Shown in pieces: positions 50,726-60,852 of a stretch of DNA of 64,000 bases. The DNA is from an uncultured delta proteobacterium (GTDB lineage: Bacteria; Desulfobacterota; Binatia; Binatales; Binataceae), in the NCBI GenBank assembly GCA_963813785.1, contig CAWFAJ010000015.1, positions 83,060 to 147,059 of the forward strand, written 5' to 3'. The translations under genes and the position numbers were made by a program. Each line of letters starts with the position of its first letter. The stretch's first letter is position 1. The notes beneath the pieces are model-generated. The model searched no databases. It had not been told where the DNA came from and saw nothing but the letters and a program-made list of their open reading frames with translations.

Positions 50726-51865
50726 ATGACAATCACCGGCATTCGCGTCAAAACATCCGCGCCCCGTGAGTTCCCGCGCGCTTCCAGAGCGATATATCTC
50801 GCCGTCCTCGTGTGCTCGCTCTTTTTCGCGAAGCCGGCGCCAGCCTGCACCGGCATCAGACTCAGAGCCGAGGACGGGACCGTCGTGTACGCACGCACGA
50901 TGGAGTTCGCTATCGTTATGGACTCCGACGTGATCATGGTGCCGCGCGGCTATGCGCGAACCGGGGACACACCCGAGGGCGAGAATGGGCTGAAGTGGAC
51001 CACCAAGTATGCGTCGGTCGGCGTCAACAACGGTGGCGATAACCCGTTTTTGGTCGATGGCCTTAATGAGAAGGGATTGGCTGTTGGCCTGCTATATTTT
51101 CCCGGGAGCGTCGGCTACATGAAGTACAACGCTGCTGAGGCCTCCAAGACCGTCGCACCCTGGGAGGTCGGTTCGTGGATTTTGGAAAATTTCGCGACGG
51201 TCGAAGAAGTCAAACAGAAGATTGGAAGCATCATAGTCCCGGCGGTCGTCGTCAAGCAGATGGACTTTGTGCCGCCGCTCCACTACGTGGTGCATGACGC
51301 CTCAGGCAAGAGCATCGCGATCGAATATGTAGAAGGAAAACTCCATGTCCACGACGACGTGCTGGGGGTGTTGACCAATTCGCCATCCTTCGATTGGCAC
51401 ATGACTAATCTCCGCAATTACGTAAACTTCTCATTAGTGAATGTTCCGCCGGTGAAAATCGGTGCCATCACGCTGACTGGCACTGGCCAAGGCACTGGAA
51501 TGCTGGGGATGCCGGGCGACTTCACCCCGCCGTCGCGGTTTGTCCGAGCCGTGGCTTTCAGCACGTCGGCGCTGCCTGCCAAGACCGGAGAAGAGGCGGT
51601 GCTCGTGGCGTTTCATCTTATGAACAACTTCGACATTCCAAATGGCCTGTCCCGCGACGAACACAAGGACGAGCATGGCAACATCGTCGCCGACTATACG
51701 GTTTGGACCAGCGCCTCCGATTTGAAGGCGAAGCGATACTACTTCCGGACTTACGAGAACAGCCAGATTCGTTCGGTGGACCTGATGAAAATGCCTCTCG
51801 ATGCCAAGAGCATCACGACCTTTTCCATGAAAGGCCCGGAGGTCATCAAATCACTGAATCCCTAG
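50726..51865 (+). CDS. Secreted Ntn-hydrolase of the choloylglycine hydrolase / penicillin V acylase family
   Basis: Signal peptide ending ...KPAPA|CTGIRL, with the nucleophile Cys directly after the predicted cleavage site, and CGH-family motifs (NEKGLAVGLLYFPG, VLTNSPSFDWHMTNLRNY). Confidence 0.85.
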   Translation: MTITGIRVKTSAPREFPRASRAIYLAVLVCSLFFAKPAPACTGIRLRAEDGTVVYARTMEFAIVMDSDVIMVPRGYARTGDTPEGENGLKWTTKYASVGVNNGGDNPFLVDGLNEKGLAVGLLYFPGSVGYMKYNAAEASKTVAPWEVGSWILENFATVEEVKQKIGSIIVPAVVVKQMDFVPPLHYVVHDASGKSIAIEYVEGKLHVHDDVLGVLTNSPSFDWHMTNLRNYVNFSLVNVPPVKIGAITLTGTGQGTGMLGMPGDFTPPSRFVRAVAFSTSALPAKTGEEAVLVAFHLMNNFDIPNGLSRDEHKDEHGNIVADYTVWTSASDLKAKRYYFRTYENSQIRSVDLMKMPLDAKSITTFSMKGPEVIKSLNP

Positions 51866-51877
51866 GTGGTCTGACAG

Positions 51878-52726
51878 ATGCGCTTGCAGGCGGCTGTTCC
51901 CGCGGTCTTGAGTGTCCTGCTGGGCGTGTTGCTTGCCTCGTCGGCGCGCGCCCAGCAATCCTTGCCGCCGCAGGCAACGACGGCAGGCGCCGAATCGCTA
52001 CAAGATGTCGCCAAGGACACCCTGAATCCGTTTGCTGGATTCATCAAGGTGCCATTTCAATTCACGACCGGGTTCGGCGTCGGTTCGCATGACAGGGTGG
52101 GAGAGAGCCTGAATATCGAGCCGTTGCTGGGGTTCGCGCTTAATGCCGACTGGGATATCTTCGCGCGACCGAGTTTGAACGTGACCTATGCGCCTGGCCC
52201 GAATGAGCAATTTGGATTTCAAGATCTGCAGACCTCTTTCTTTCTGACCCCGGCAAAGGACAAGACATGGATCTGGGGTGTCGGCCCGATCTTTCAGTTC
52301 CCGACCGCCAGCAGTGAACGATTGGGCACCGGCCGCTGGTCGGCGGGGCCAACTGCGGCGCTGGTTTACCAGCAAGGTCCATGGTTCGTCGCAATCCTGA
52401 GTTACCAGCTGATGTCGTTTGCCGGCGATCGTGGCCGGGGAAGCGTCAACCAGACCTATATCGAGCCGCAAGTCAGCTACAGCTTGGATAGCGGCTGGTA
52501 CGGACAGTGGGATCCCGCTATCTCCTACAGCTGGACAGCCGACACGGATAACGCTTGGACGATTCCAGTTGGCGTCGATATAGGCAAGGCATTCCAGATG
52601 GGAGAGCAGGCGATGAGCCTGCAAGTCGGAGGATACGACTATCCAATGCATCCGGATGGCGCGCCGAAGTGGATAATCCGCGCGCAGATGACGTTTCTGT
52701 TCCCTAACCGGCTGTTGACAAAGTAA
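51878..52726 (+). CDS. Outer-membrane beta-barrel channel (PF13557-like)
   Basis: Signal peptide (LLGVLLASSARAQ), beta-strand periodicity and C-terminal aromatic residue; paralog of 49137-50265. Confidence 0.6.
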   Translation: MRLQAAVPAVLSVLLGVLLASSARAQQSLPPQATTAGAESLQDVAKDTLNPFAGFIKVPFQFTTGFGVGSHDRVGESLNIEPLLGFALNADWDIFARPSLNVTYAPGPNEQFGFQDLQTSFFLTPAKDKTWIWGVGPIFQFPTASSERLGTGRWSAGPTAALVYQQGPWFVAILSYQLMSFAGDRGRGSVNQTYIEPQVSYSLDSGWYGQWDPAISYSWTADTDNAWTIPVGVDIGKAFQMGEQAMSLQVGGYDYPMHPDGAPKWIIRAQMTFLFPNRLLTK

Positions 52727-52819
52727 TTTTCAGCGCCGGCTCTCTCCTTGACGTTTGCCATGCGGCTGAATGACCTGATCTCGTGCACCGTGCGTTCTAC
52801 CTTTGATAGATGCCTATAG

Positions 52820-54109
52820 TCAGTTGGCCTGCAAATGACTTACTAGTTCGGTGACGCGGGCGGGATCGATAATGACTATTGCCGCCGCGCCGACAGCGAA
52901 CATGATCGCGAACCCCGCCATCAGGCGCAGATAGAAGGCCGGCTGATGGCTGGTCTGGGCGACTCCCGACTTGAAGATCGCGTTGACTCCAGCCGCCAGC
53001 GTGAGGCCGATCACCGCGTCGCGCGCCGCGCTGGTGCCTGCCTGAACGAAAGACGCCAGCGTCAGCGAGATCGCATCGACGTCCACCAACCCGCTGATCG
53101 CCGAAACCACCATCTGGCCGCTGTATCCCGCGTACTGTTTGGCGACGCGGGTAACCAGCAGCACGACGGTGAATCCCACGCCGAACTCGAGCGCGGGGCG
53201 GATCGAAAACGGGTTGCGGAAGGTGGAATCCGCGACCGTGTTGCCTTTTTTCAAGGGCGCAGGGGCCAGTATCAGGGCGGCGGCGAAACCCGCGAGCATC
53301 ATCGCAGCGAAAGCGGGGATCGCCGCGATCGCGAGCGTCGGGCTGACCACCGCGACCAGCAGCAGCATCCGCGGGAATAGTATCGAATTGGCTATCAGCG
53401 AGTATCGGGCCGCCGGCACCGCTGACTTCGGCGCGTCGGCGACTGCGCGCGAGATCCCGGCGGTATAGGCGGTCGTCGAAGCGATAGCGCCAACTATCGC
53501 AGTGAGCAATTCGCCGCGCTCGCTCCCGGTAAACTTGGTCAGGAAATAGCCTACATATGAGACGCCGGATACGAGGATTACGAATAGCCAGATTTTGCGC
53601 GGCTCGAAAAATCCGAATGGCCCGTAGCTGCCGGCCGGCAGCAGCGGGTAGATGATGAAAATCAGGCCGAGGAAACTCAGCGTATCGATGTATTCGCGGT
53701 CGGAGATCGCGTCGCGCACAAAGTGGCGCAACTGATCGCGCTCCGCCAGAATCGCCGCGAGCACGATTCCGAGCCCGGCGCCGAACTGACGGTCCGGCGT
53801 GAGGCACAGGTCGGCCAGGGCGAAGGTCGCCACGGCCGCGAGCTCGGTGGTGATTCCGCTGCGCTCCGGATGCTGCGCGCGCATCACGAGGATGACGCCG
53901 ATCGTGCCGGCGAACAATGCGATCGCGATCGCTCCGTTGCCGGAATGGCCCGCGACCGCGCCCAGCAACGCGATTATCAGGAAATCGCGCATCCCGGGCC
54001 GCGGCGGACCATCGGGTCCGGGTTCTCGGGTACGGCCGATCAGGAATCCGATCGCCAGCGCGAGCAGGAATCCCAGGGCTGGTGAGTTGGGGCCGGTCAG
54101 CTCGGGCAT
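52820..54109 (-). CDS. MgtC/SapB-family membrane protein with DUF4010 domain
   Basis: Polytopic membrane protein (MPELTGPNSPALGFLLALAIGFLIGRTRE...). The ORF-track N-terminal extension (MRRRENLRSASFRDYAMEE...) is read through the repeat element, so the start is set at MPELTG. Confidence 0.6.
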   Translation of the reverse strand: MPELTGPNSPALGFLLALAIGFLIGRTREPGPDGPPRPGMRDFLIIALLGAVAGHSGNGAIAIALFAGTIGVILVMRAQHPERSGITTELAAVATFALADLCLTPDRQFGAGLGIVLAAILAERDQLRHFVRDAISDREYIDTLSFLGLIFIIYPLLPAGSYGPFGFFEPRKIWLFVILVSGVSYVGYFLTKFTGSERGELLTAIVGAIASTTAYTAGISRAVADAPKSAVPAARYSLIANSILFPRMLLLVAVVSPTLAIAAIPAFAAMMLAGFAAALILAPAPLKKGNTVADSTFRNPFSIRPALEFGVGFTVVLLVTRVAKQYAGYSGQMVVSAISGLVDVDAISLTLASFVQAGTSAARDAVIGLTLAAGVNAIFKSGVAQTSHQPAFYLRLMAGFAIMFAVGAAAIVIIDPARVTELVSHLQAN

Positions 54110-54119
54110 CGAGGGGACG

Positions 54120-54370
54120 ATAGCATGGGTGACCCCTGCACCGCAGGGCTGAGCCCTGCACCCACCGTTAAGGCCGCCCGCCGTTGGCGGGCGCAGCCTC
54201 TGCCCGTTGGCACGGCTGGCCAGTATTGGGAAACCGCGCGCCCGCGGCTCTTCCATCGCGTAGTCGCGAAAAGATGCGCTGCGCAGATTTTCGCGTCTTC
54301 TCACCGCGGGTGCAGGGGCTGGCCCCTGCCCAAGGAAGCGTGAAACCCACGGTGGGTTTCACATTCAATT
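54120..54370. repeat. Mosaic palindromic intergenic repeat, long copy in inverted orientation relative to copy 1
   Basis: Reverse complement of 54230-54370 is near-identical to 2604-2740 (ttgattgaatgtgaaaccc...gggtttcac...gcagggg...cccctgcacccgc.gtgagaagacgcgaaaatctgcgcagcgcatcttttcgcgactacgcgatggaagag); the remaining modules are shuffled. Confidence 0.7.
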
Positions 54371-54535
54371 GAGTTCCTCTATTTGGCCCGCCTTGCTGAC
54401 CGGCGGGTTGCGGTGGTATCCTGCTCACGTGAAGTGGGCGCGTGCCCACTTTTTTGTTGGTGTCGCAAAAAGGATTTTCGGTTTCGTCACATAAAGCCGA
54501 CTCCGACGGCCGTAGCGAGCGAGAGGTGAGAGCAG

Positions 54536-55021
54536 ATGGCGGCCCTTAGGCTTCATCCGACCGCGGAAAAGGTGGTCGAGCTGCTCGAGCCGCACATCGA
54601 ACGCCAGGGTTATGAACTGGTTTCGGTGGATTTTCGCAAGGGCACGCGAAATTCGCTGTTGCGGCTGCTGGTCGACAAGCCGGGCGGCGGAATTGCCCTG
54701 AGCGATCTGGAGAAGTTGAGCCCGACGCTGGGCGATTTGCTCGACGTGTACGACCCGGTCGAGGGCCGTTACACGCTGGAGGTCGCGTCGCCGGGAATCA
54801 ACCGCCCGCTGCGCAAGCTGGAGCATTTCGAGGCGGTCAAGGGCGAACGGGTGAAGGTACGAACGCATCGCGCGCGCGATGGGCAGAAGTCGTTCATGGG
54901 AATGCTGGTGTCGGTCGCTCAAAGTGGAATCGAGCTTGACGATGAGACGAGCCGCAAGCGGCAGACGATTGGCTTCGACGAGATGTCGGGCGCGAATTAC
55001 GAATACGATTTTGACAAGTAA
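54536..55021 (+). CDS. rimP: Ribosome maturation factor RimP
   Basis: YELVSVDF...LLRLLVDKPGGGIALSDLEKLS...YTLEVASPGINRPL pattern; operon position before nusA. Confidence 0.85.
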   Translation: MAALRLHPTAEKVVELLEPHIERQGYELVSVDFRKGTRNSLLRLLVDKPGGGIALSDLEKLSPTLGDLLDVYDPVEGRYTLEVASPGINRPLRKLEHFEAVKGERVKVRTHRARDGQKSFMGMLVSVAQSGIELDDETSRKRQTIGFDEMSGANYEYDFDK

Positions 55022-55112
55022 GTCATTTGAAAAATAAATGCACAGGCTCCTGCGGATCGGGAGCAACAAAAATAACTGGCGCGTATCTCTGTCCGCGCCC
55101 CGGGGAGGCGGT

Positions 55113-56522
55113 ATGCAGGTCGATCTGAACCGGGTAATCGAGCAGGTCTCCAAGGAAAAGGGCATCGACAAAACGATCGTGATCAACGCGGTCGAGGAGA
55201 TGATGCATTCGGCGGCGCGGCGCACGTTCGGCCCGGACCGCAATATCGAGTCGCGGTTCAACCCCGAACTGGGCGAAATCGAGCTGTTCGAGATCAAGAC
55301 GGTCGTCGAAAAAGTGGCCAACGCCGCTGCCGAGGCCGACGTGGCCGAGGCGCGCGCAAAGTACGATCCCGAGGCGGAAGTCGGCGACGAAATTTTGATC
55401 AAGCTCGATACCGCCACGATGGGCCGCATCGCGGCGCAGGCGGCCAAGCAAAATCTCATCCAGCATATTCGCGACGCCGAGCGCAAGCAGATTTTCAACG
55501 AGTTCAAGGATCGCAAGCAGGAAGTCGTTTCGGGAATCGTGCAGCGCTTCGAGCGCAAGAACATGATCGTCAATCTCGGCCGCACCGAGGCGATCCTGCC
55601 CGAGAAGGAGCAGATTCCCCACGAGCGCTATCGCCAGGGCGATCGCATCCGCGCGCTGATCCTGGACGTCGAGCTGTCGGAGAAGGGACTTTCCATCGTG
55701 CTCTCGCGCACCTCCAACGACTTCCTGATGAAGCTGTTCGAGCAGGAGGTGCCGGAAATTTACGAGGGCATCGTCGAGATTCGCCAGAGCGCGCGCGAGC
55801 CCGGCGGCCGCGCCAAGGTCGCCGTCTATTCCAAGGATTCGGACGTCGATCCGGTCGGCGCATGCGTCGGGATGAAGGGCACCCGCGTGCAATCGGTGGT
55901 GCAGGAGCTGCGCGGCGAGAAAATCGACATCGTGCCATGGACTGACGACCAGGCCGAGCTGGTGTGCCGCGCGCTGGCGCCGGCCAAGGTCTCCAAGGTG
56001 ATAATCGACGAGGACGAGCACGCGATGGAGGTGATCGTCCCCGACGATCAACTGTCGCTGGCCATTGGCAAGCGCGGGCAGAACGTGCGATTGGCGCATC
56101 GCCTCACCGGATGGAAGCTCGACGTGCGCAGCGAGGCGGAGGCCGAAGAAGAGGCTCGCTCGGCGCGCGCGTCGCTCAACGCAATCCCGGGCATCGGCGA
56201 TATCAACGCGGAACTGCTGTACCAGTGGGGATTCCGCTCGGCCGAGCAACTGGCGGAGGCGGACGAGACGGCGTTCGACGTCGAGGGAATCAGCGCCGAG
56301 CGCGCCACCCAGATAATCAACGCGGCACGCGAGCACGTCGCCAACAAGAAAATCGCCGCCGAAGCGAAGGCCGCGGCTGCCGCCGAGGCGGCCGAGGCTG
56401 CTGCCGCTGCTGCGGCGCAAGCTGCTGCGGCAGCCACGGAAGCGGAAGGTGCGGAGGCGGCCGCCGAAACGATCGCGGTGGAATCCGCGCCGGTCGTCAC
56501 TGAAGATGCGGGAGAAAAATAA
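55113..56522 (+). CDS. nusA: Transcription termination/antitermination factor NusA (with Ala/Glu-rich C-terminal tail)
   Basis: N-terminal RNAP-binding domain, S1 and two KH domains (FEIKTVVE...GDRIRALILDV...VDPVGACVGMKGTRVQSVVQELRGEKIDIV); low-complexity Ala-rich C-terminus. Confidence 0.9.
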   Translation: MQVDLNRVIEQVSKEKGIDKTIVINAVEEMMHSAARRTFGPDRNIESRFNPELGEIELFEIKTVVEKVANAAAEADVAEARAKYDPEAEVGDEILIKLDTATMGRIAAQAAKQNLIQHIRDAERKQIFNEFKDRKQEVVSGIVQRFERKNMIVNLGRTEAILPEKEQIPHERYRQGDRIRALILDVELSEKGLSIVLSRTSNDFLMKLFEQEVPEIYEGIVEIRQSAREPGGRAKVAVYSKDSDVDPVGACVGMKGTRVQSVVQELRGEKIDIVPWTDDQAELVCRALAPAKVSKVIIDEDEHAMEVIVPDDQLSLAIGKRGQNVRLAHRLTGWKLDVRSEAEAEEEARSARASLNAIPGIGDINAELLYQWGFRSAEQLAEADETAFDVEGISAERATQIINAAREHVANKKIAAEAKAAAAAEAAEAAAAAAAQAAAAATEAEGAEAAAETIAVESAPVVTEDAGEK

Positions 56523-56814
56523 TTTTTCACTTCTTCACGGACCACAGCGTACCTGTGTTGGATGCATGACGCAGGATGCGAAGGCGGCGATGGTGCGGAT
56601 TGCGGTCGTCAATGGGCGCGTCGAGGTCGATTTCGAGGCGCGACGCGCAGGCCGCGGCGGCTATTTGCATCCGACGCTGGAATGCGCCGAGCGGTTCGTC
56701 AGTTCGAAAGTTAAGGAATTTCGCGCGCTCCGGCGGAAAATAGATCGTCCCGAGCGGCTCCAGATAGCGGCGGCAATTAAACTCCGACTGGATAGAAACT
56801 CAAAGGTCGAATAG
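56506..56814 (+). CDS. ylxR: YlxR/DUF448 family RNA-binding protein
   Basis: RTCVGC motif and GRGGYLHP; 17-nt overlap with the nusA end; conserved nusA-ylxR-infB order. Confidence 0.65.
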   Translation: MREKNNFSLLHGPQRTCVGCMTQDAKAAMVRIAVVNGRVEVDFEARRAGRGGYLHPTLECAERFVSSKVKEFRALRRKIDRPERLQIAAAIKLRLDRNSKVE

Positions 56815-56824
56815 TATAAGTAGG

Positions 56825-59749
56825 ATGGCGCGAAAGCGGATCAAAACTCTTGCTAGTGAATGGGGATTTCCGGTCGAGGATTTGCTCGCCGGATGCGCCC
56901 GCCTGAAGCTCGGGCATACGCAGTCCGAGTCCAGTCTCCTCTCGCCCGAAGAGGCCGACCGGCTCAAGGCCGATCTCGACGCTCAGGCGCATCGCGCGTC
57001 GATCCTGCGCCGCGAAACCGTGCTCGAAACCAGCAGCGGAAAAATTCTCGAAAAGCGCCTCAATGCCACCGTGATGCGCCGGCGTCATGCCGAGCCCGGC
57101 CAGTCCGCCGGTGGCGCCGACACGCCTTTTCATTTCGAAGTCGAAGAGACCGGCGGCGACTCGTTCGAAGCGCCGTTTCTCGCCGATTCACACGCCGCAG
57201 AGGCCGAGACGCCGGTCATGTTTGACGCGGGGCATCATGCGCAACCTCCGCTCGCCGAGCCGCATCGCCCGCCCGAGCCGGTCGTCGTCAGGCCGGAGCC
57301 TGAAATCGAGGAGATTGGCGAGGCCGACTACGAGGCGCATCCGCCCGAGGCGGCCGTTCATATAGAAAAAATTGAAGCTGAGCCCCAACCTGAGATTGCC
57401 CCCGAACCCGAGCATCCGCCCGTCGTTGCCGAGGCGGCGCCCGCCGCGCCCGACGCAGCGCCGGCGGCGCCCTCGTCGCGCTTTGGTTATCGCACCGATC
57501 GTGTGCGCCCGGCCGATGCGGCGGAGCGTGGCTCGATCAATCTGACTCGCGGCTCTCAGACCGGCCCGACCCTCGACGACGGACAGAAGGGACCCAGGGT
57601 CCTTGGCAAGATCGATCTCAGACCCAAGGCGCCGCCGCCGCGTCCCGCGTCGCCCGGTTCGCGTACCGCAGCGGGCGCGCCCAGTGCGCGGCCGGGACTG
57701 ACAGGACGTTTCGCTCCGCAGCAGCAGCAACCGGCCGACGCGATGCCGCAACTTCCGCCCGATCAAGTGGCCAAGCCCGGTGGCGGACGCGGTATAAAGA
57801 AAAAGAAAGTCGTCAAGAAGGGCAGTACCGATCTCGCCGCCGAGCGCGAGATGCGCGGGCTGCGGGTGCCGAAAAAACGCCGCGCCCTGCCCGGCAAGGA
57901 ACAGCGAAAAACCGAGATCACCACGCCCAAGGCCTCCAAACGCGTGGTCCGAATCACCGAGGGCGTTACCGTCGGCGACCTCGGCCGCTCGATGGGTGTC
58001 AAGGCCGGCGACCTGATCAAGAAGTTGATGGAACTCGGCCAGATGGCGACGCTCAACCAGGTGCTCGACGTTGACACCGCCACGCTGCTGGCCGGCGAGT
58101 TCGGCTACAGCGTCGAGAACGTTTCCTTCGACGCCGAATCCGCCATCGAAGAGGCGCCCGAGGAAGCCGTGGTGGGCGAAAGCGTACCGCGCCCGCCGGT
58201 CGTCACCGTGATGGGCCATGTCGATCACGGCAAGACCTCGCTGCTCGACGCGATTCGCCACACCAATGTGACCGCGCGCGAGTTCGGCGGAATCACCCAG
58301 CACATCGGCGCCTACACCGTCGAGGCCAATGGACGGAAGATCGCGTTTGTCGATACTCCCGGCCATGAGGCGTTCACTGCGATGCGCGCGCGCGGCGCCA
58401 AGGTCACCGACATCGTCGTGCTGGTGGTCGCCGCCAACGAAGGCGTGATGCCGCAGACGCAGGAGGCCATCAATCACGCTCGCGCCGCCAACGTCCCCAT
58501 AATCGTCGCGATCAACAAGATCGATCTGCCCGACGCCAATATCGACAACGTCAAGCAGCGCCTGACCCAGGTCGGCCTCGTGCCCGAAGACTACGGCGGC
58601 GAGACCATCATCGTGCCGGTCTCGGCCCGCACCGGTCAGGGAGTCGACAAGCTGCTCGAGATGATCCTGCTGCAGGCCGACGTGATGGAGCTCAAGGCCA
58701 ATCCGGCTCGCGCCGCGCGTGGCACGATCATCGAGTCGCAGCTCGACCGCGGCCGCGGCCCGGTCGCCACCGTGCTCATCCAGGAAGGCACGCTGCATCA
58801 GGGCGATCCTTTCGTCAGCGGCGTCTCGTACGGCCGCGTGCGCGCGATGCAGGATCATCTCGGCCAGCGCCTTACCGAGGCAGGTCCGTCCACTCCGGTC
58901 GAGATTTTCGGCCTCTCCAGCGTTCCCGAACCCGGCACTGTATTCACCGCGGTGGTCGAGGAATCGAAGGCGCGCCAGGTCGCCGAGTATCGCCGTTCCA
59001 AGCAGCGCGAAGGCGAACTCACCAAGACCAGCCGCATCTCGCTCGAAGACCTGAGCCAGCGTCTGGCCGCGGGCGAGGTCAAGGAACTCAAAGTCATTCT
59101 CAAGGGCGACGTGCAGGGCTCGGTCGAGGCGCTCGCCGACGCGCTCGCGCGGCTGTCCACCGAGGAAGTCAAGCTCGAGGTAATCCACGGCTCGGCGGGC
59201 GCGATTTCGGAAACCGACGTTACGCTCGCATCGGCTTCCAAAGCCATCATCATCGGCTTCAATATCCGTCCCGAAGCGAAGGCCGCCAGCCTCGCGGAGA
59301 AAGAAGGCGTCGAGATTCGGCTCTACACCGTCATCTACGAAGCGATCAACGATATGCGCGAGGCGATGGAAGGGCTGCTCGCGCCGACCTACCGCGAAAA
59401 GGCGCTCGGCCGCGCCGAAGTCCGCAAGATTTTCAGCGTGCCCGGCGCCACCGTCGCCGGCTGCATGGTCGTCGACGGCAAGATTGTGCGCAGCGCGCGC
59501 GCGCGGCTGGTCCGCGACGGCCGCCCGGTATGGGAAGGCAAGCTCGCCACCCTCAAGCGCTTCAAGGACGACGTGCGCGAAGTCGCGCAGGGCTACGAAT
59601 GCGGTATCGCGCTTGAAAATTTCAACGATGTGAAACCCGACGACATCATCGAAGCTTTCGAGATGGAAGCGATTCTGCGCAAGCTCGCCGCGCCCAAGCC
59701 CGAGACCGTGCGCGGCCAGGCCGCCGTCGAAAAGCAGCTTCAGCCCTAG
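56825..59749 (+). CDS. infB: Translation initiation factor IF-2
   Basis: Pro/Ala-rich N-terminal region, G domain ([29 protein letters not shown]) and C-terminal beta-barrel domains. Confidence 0.95.
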   Translation: MARKRIKTLASEWGFPVEDLLAGCARLKLGHTQSESSLLSPEEADRLKADLDAQAHRASILRRETVLETSSGKILEKRLNATVMRRRHAEPGQSAGGADTPFHFEVEETGGDSFEAPFLADSHAAEAETPVMFDAGHHAQPPLAEPHRPPEPVVVRPEPEIEEIGEADYEAHPPEAAVHIEKIEAEPQPEIAPEPEHPPVVAEAAPAAPDAAPAAPSSRFGYRTDRVRPADAAERGSINLTRGSQTGPTLDDGQKGPRVLGKIDLRPKAPPPRPASPGSRTAAGAPSARPGLTGRFAPQQQQPADAMPQLPPDQVAKPGGGRGIKKKKVVKKGSTDLAAEREMRGLRVPKKRRALPGKEQRKTEITTPKASKRVVRITEGVTVGDLGRSMGVKAGDLIKKLMELGQMATLNQVLDVDTATLLAGEFGYSVENVSFDAESAIEEAPEEAVVGESVPRPPVVTVMGHVDHGKTSLLDAIRHTNVTAREFGGITQHIGAYTVEANGRKIAFVDTPGHEAFTAMRARGAKVTDIVVLVVAANEGVMPQTQEAINHARAANVPIIVAINKIDLPDANIDNVKQRLTQVGLVPEDYGGETIIVPVSARTGQGVDKLLEMILLQADVMELKANPARAARGTIIESQLDRGRGPVATVLIQEGTLHQGDPFVSGVSYGRVRAMQDHLGQRLTEAGPSTPVEIFGLSSVPEPGTVFTAVVEESKARQVAEYRRSKQREGELTKTSRISLEDLSQRLAAGEVKELKVILKGDVQGSVEALADALARLSTEEVKLEVIHGSAGAISETDVTLASASKAIIIGFNIRPEAKAASLAEKEGVEIRLYTVIYEAINDMREAMEGLLAPTYREKALGRAEVRKIFSVPGATVAGCMVVDGKIVRSARARLVRDGRPVWEGKLATLKRFKDDVREVAQGYECGIALENFNDVKPDDIIEAFEMEAILRKLAAPKPETVRGQAAVEKQLQP

Positions 59750-59814
59750 GCTGCGTATTCGTCGGTCGCTGCGGGCGCGCCAGACTGCGCGTTGGGGGAG
59801 GGGGCATTATCATC

Positions 59815-60102
59815 ATGGTCATCGGCATCATGCGGCTGACCCTGTTTCTGCCGGAGAATCATTCGCTCAAGGGCAAACGGCAGGTGCTGCGCGCGATCAA
59901 GGCTCGCGTCCGCAACAAGTTCAACGTCTCGATTGCCGAGTCCGACAGCCACGACATGTGGCAGCGCGCCGAGTTGGGCATCGCGCAGGTCGGCAGCGAT
60001 CGCGCGTTCGTGGACGGGGCGCTGCGCGAGGTCGTGAACTTTATCGATTCGCTGGGCTTGGTCCCGCTCGGCGAAGAGCGGCTCGAAATTATCAACTACT
60101 GA
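59815..60102 (+). CDS. DUF503 family protein (YlxP-like)
   Basis: Conserved position between infB and rbfA; LTLFLPENHSLKGKRQVLRAIKARVRNKFNVS pattern. Confidence 0.75.
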   Translation: MVIGIMRLTLFLPENHSLKGKRQVLRAIKARVRNKFNVSIAESDSHDMWQRAELGIAQVGSDRAFVDGALREVVNFIDSLGLVPLGEERLEIINY

Positions 60103-60516
60103 ATGGTGACTGAGAAATTGAAGCCGCGTCGCTGGCGCGGCTCGAGCGATAGCGGAGAAAGAACATTGCCTGAAGGCCGAAGACCGGAGCGCGTCGCCGA
60201 GGCGATCTTGAGAGAACTGTCCGGGATGCTGGTGCGCGATCTCCGCGACCCGCGGCTGCGCGGCATCACCCTGACCGGCGTCAAGATGGACGACGACTTG
60301 CGCCACGGCCGGGTCTATTTCTCGCACCTCGAAGGTTCCGTGCGCGCGCCCGCCGCAATCGCCGGCTTCAAGAGCGCCAGCGGCTTCATCCGGCGCGAGA
60401 TAGGCAAGTCGCTCGGGCTCAGATATACGCCCGAGCTGGATTTCGAATTCGACCCCGCCCTCGAGCGCGCCGCCCGCATCGACGCGCTGCTCAAGCAATC
60501 CGCCCCCAAGGACTGA
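60103..60516 (+). CDS. rbfA: Ribosome-binding factor A
   Basis: KH-like fold pattern RVAEAILRELSGMLVRDLRDPRL...ITLTGVKMDDDLRHGRVYFS. Confidence 0.85.
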   Translation: MVTEKLKPRRWRGSSDSGERTLPEGRRPERVAEAILRELSGMLVRDLRDPRLRGITLTGVKMDDDLRHGRVYFSHLEGSVRAPAAIAGFKSASGFIRREIGKSLGLRYTPELDFEFDPALERAARIDALLKQSAPKD

Positions 60517-60629
60517 GCGCGATTGTCGTCGCGATAGCATCGATTCGCCCCGGCTCGGAGCGCATATTTCGTTGCCAGCCCGGATTGCCATATTTGATTA
60601 CGGCATCGAAGGCTGGTAGATATTATGGC

Positions 60630-60836
60630 ATGAAGCCCGAGCGAAAGATTACCGTGCACGTTCGCAGCGAGCTGCTGGACAAAGCCCAAAAGGCCGCCAG
60701 GGCCGGAGTCAGCGAAACCGTTCGAAAAGGTCTCGAGTTGCTGGCGGCCAGCGACGCCTACGACCGGCTCCTGAAAATGCGCGGCAAGGTGAGGTTCTCC
60801 CTCGATTTGAGCGAGTTGCGCCAGGACCGGCGCTGA
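60630..60836 (+). CDS. Ribbon-helix-helix antitoxin (VapB/CopG-like)
   Basis: MKPERKITVHVRSELLDKAQKAARAGVSETVRKGLELL: beta-strand then two helices, typical of RHH antitoxins; sits immediately upstream of a PIN gene. Confidence 0.65.
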   Translation: MKPERKITVHVRSELLDKAQKAARAGVSETVRKGLELLAASDAYDRLLKMRGKVRFSLDLSELRQDRR

Positions 60837-60852
60837 TGCTCGAGGATCGGCG

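Noticed and set aside
55964-56545. Possible separate Ala-rich gene at the 3' end of nusA
   Set aside because: The Ala/Glu-rich stretch is in frame with NusA and forms its C-terminal tail; the alternative-frame ORFs are Arg/Gly artefacts.
57188-59188. 666-aa ORF antisense to infB; similarly 45770-47755 antisense to acs, 12172-13185 antisense to hbd, 9078-9923 antisense to plsC, and 40782-42011 antisense to pfkA
   Set aside because: Sense strands encode unmistakable conserved proteins (IF-2 G domain, acetyl-CoA synthetase motifs, and so on); the antisense products are compositionally biased and featureless.
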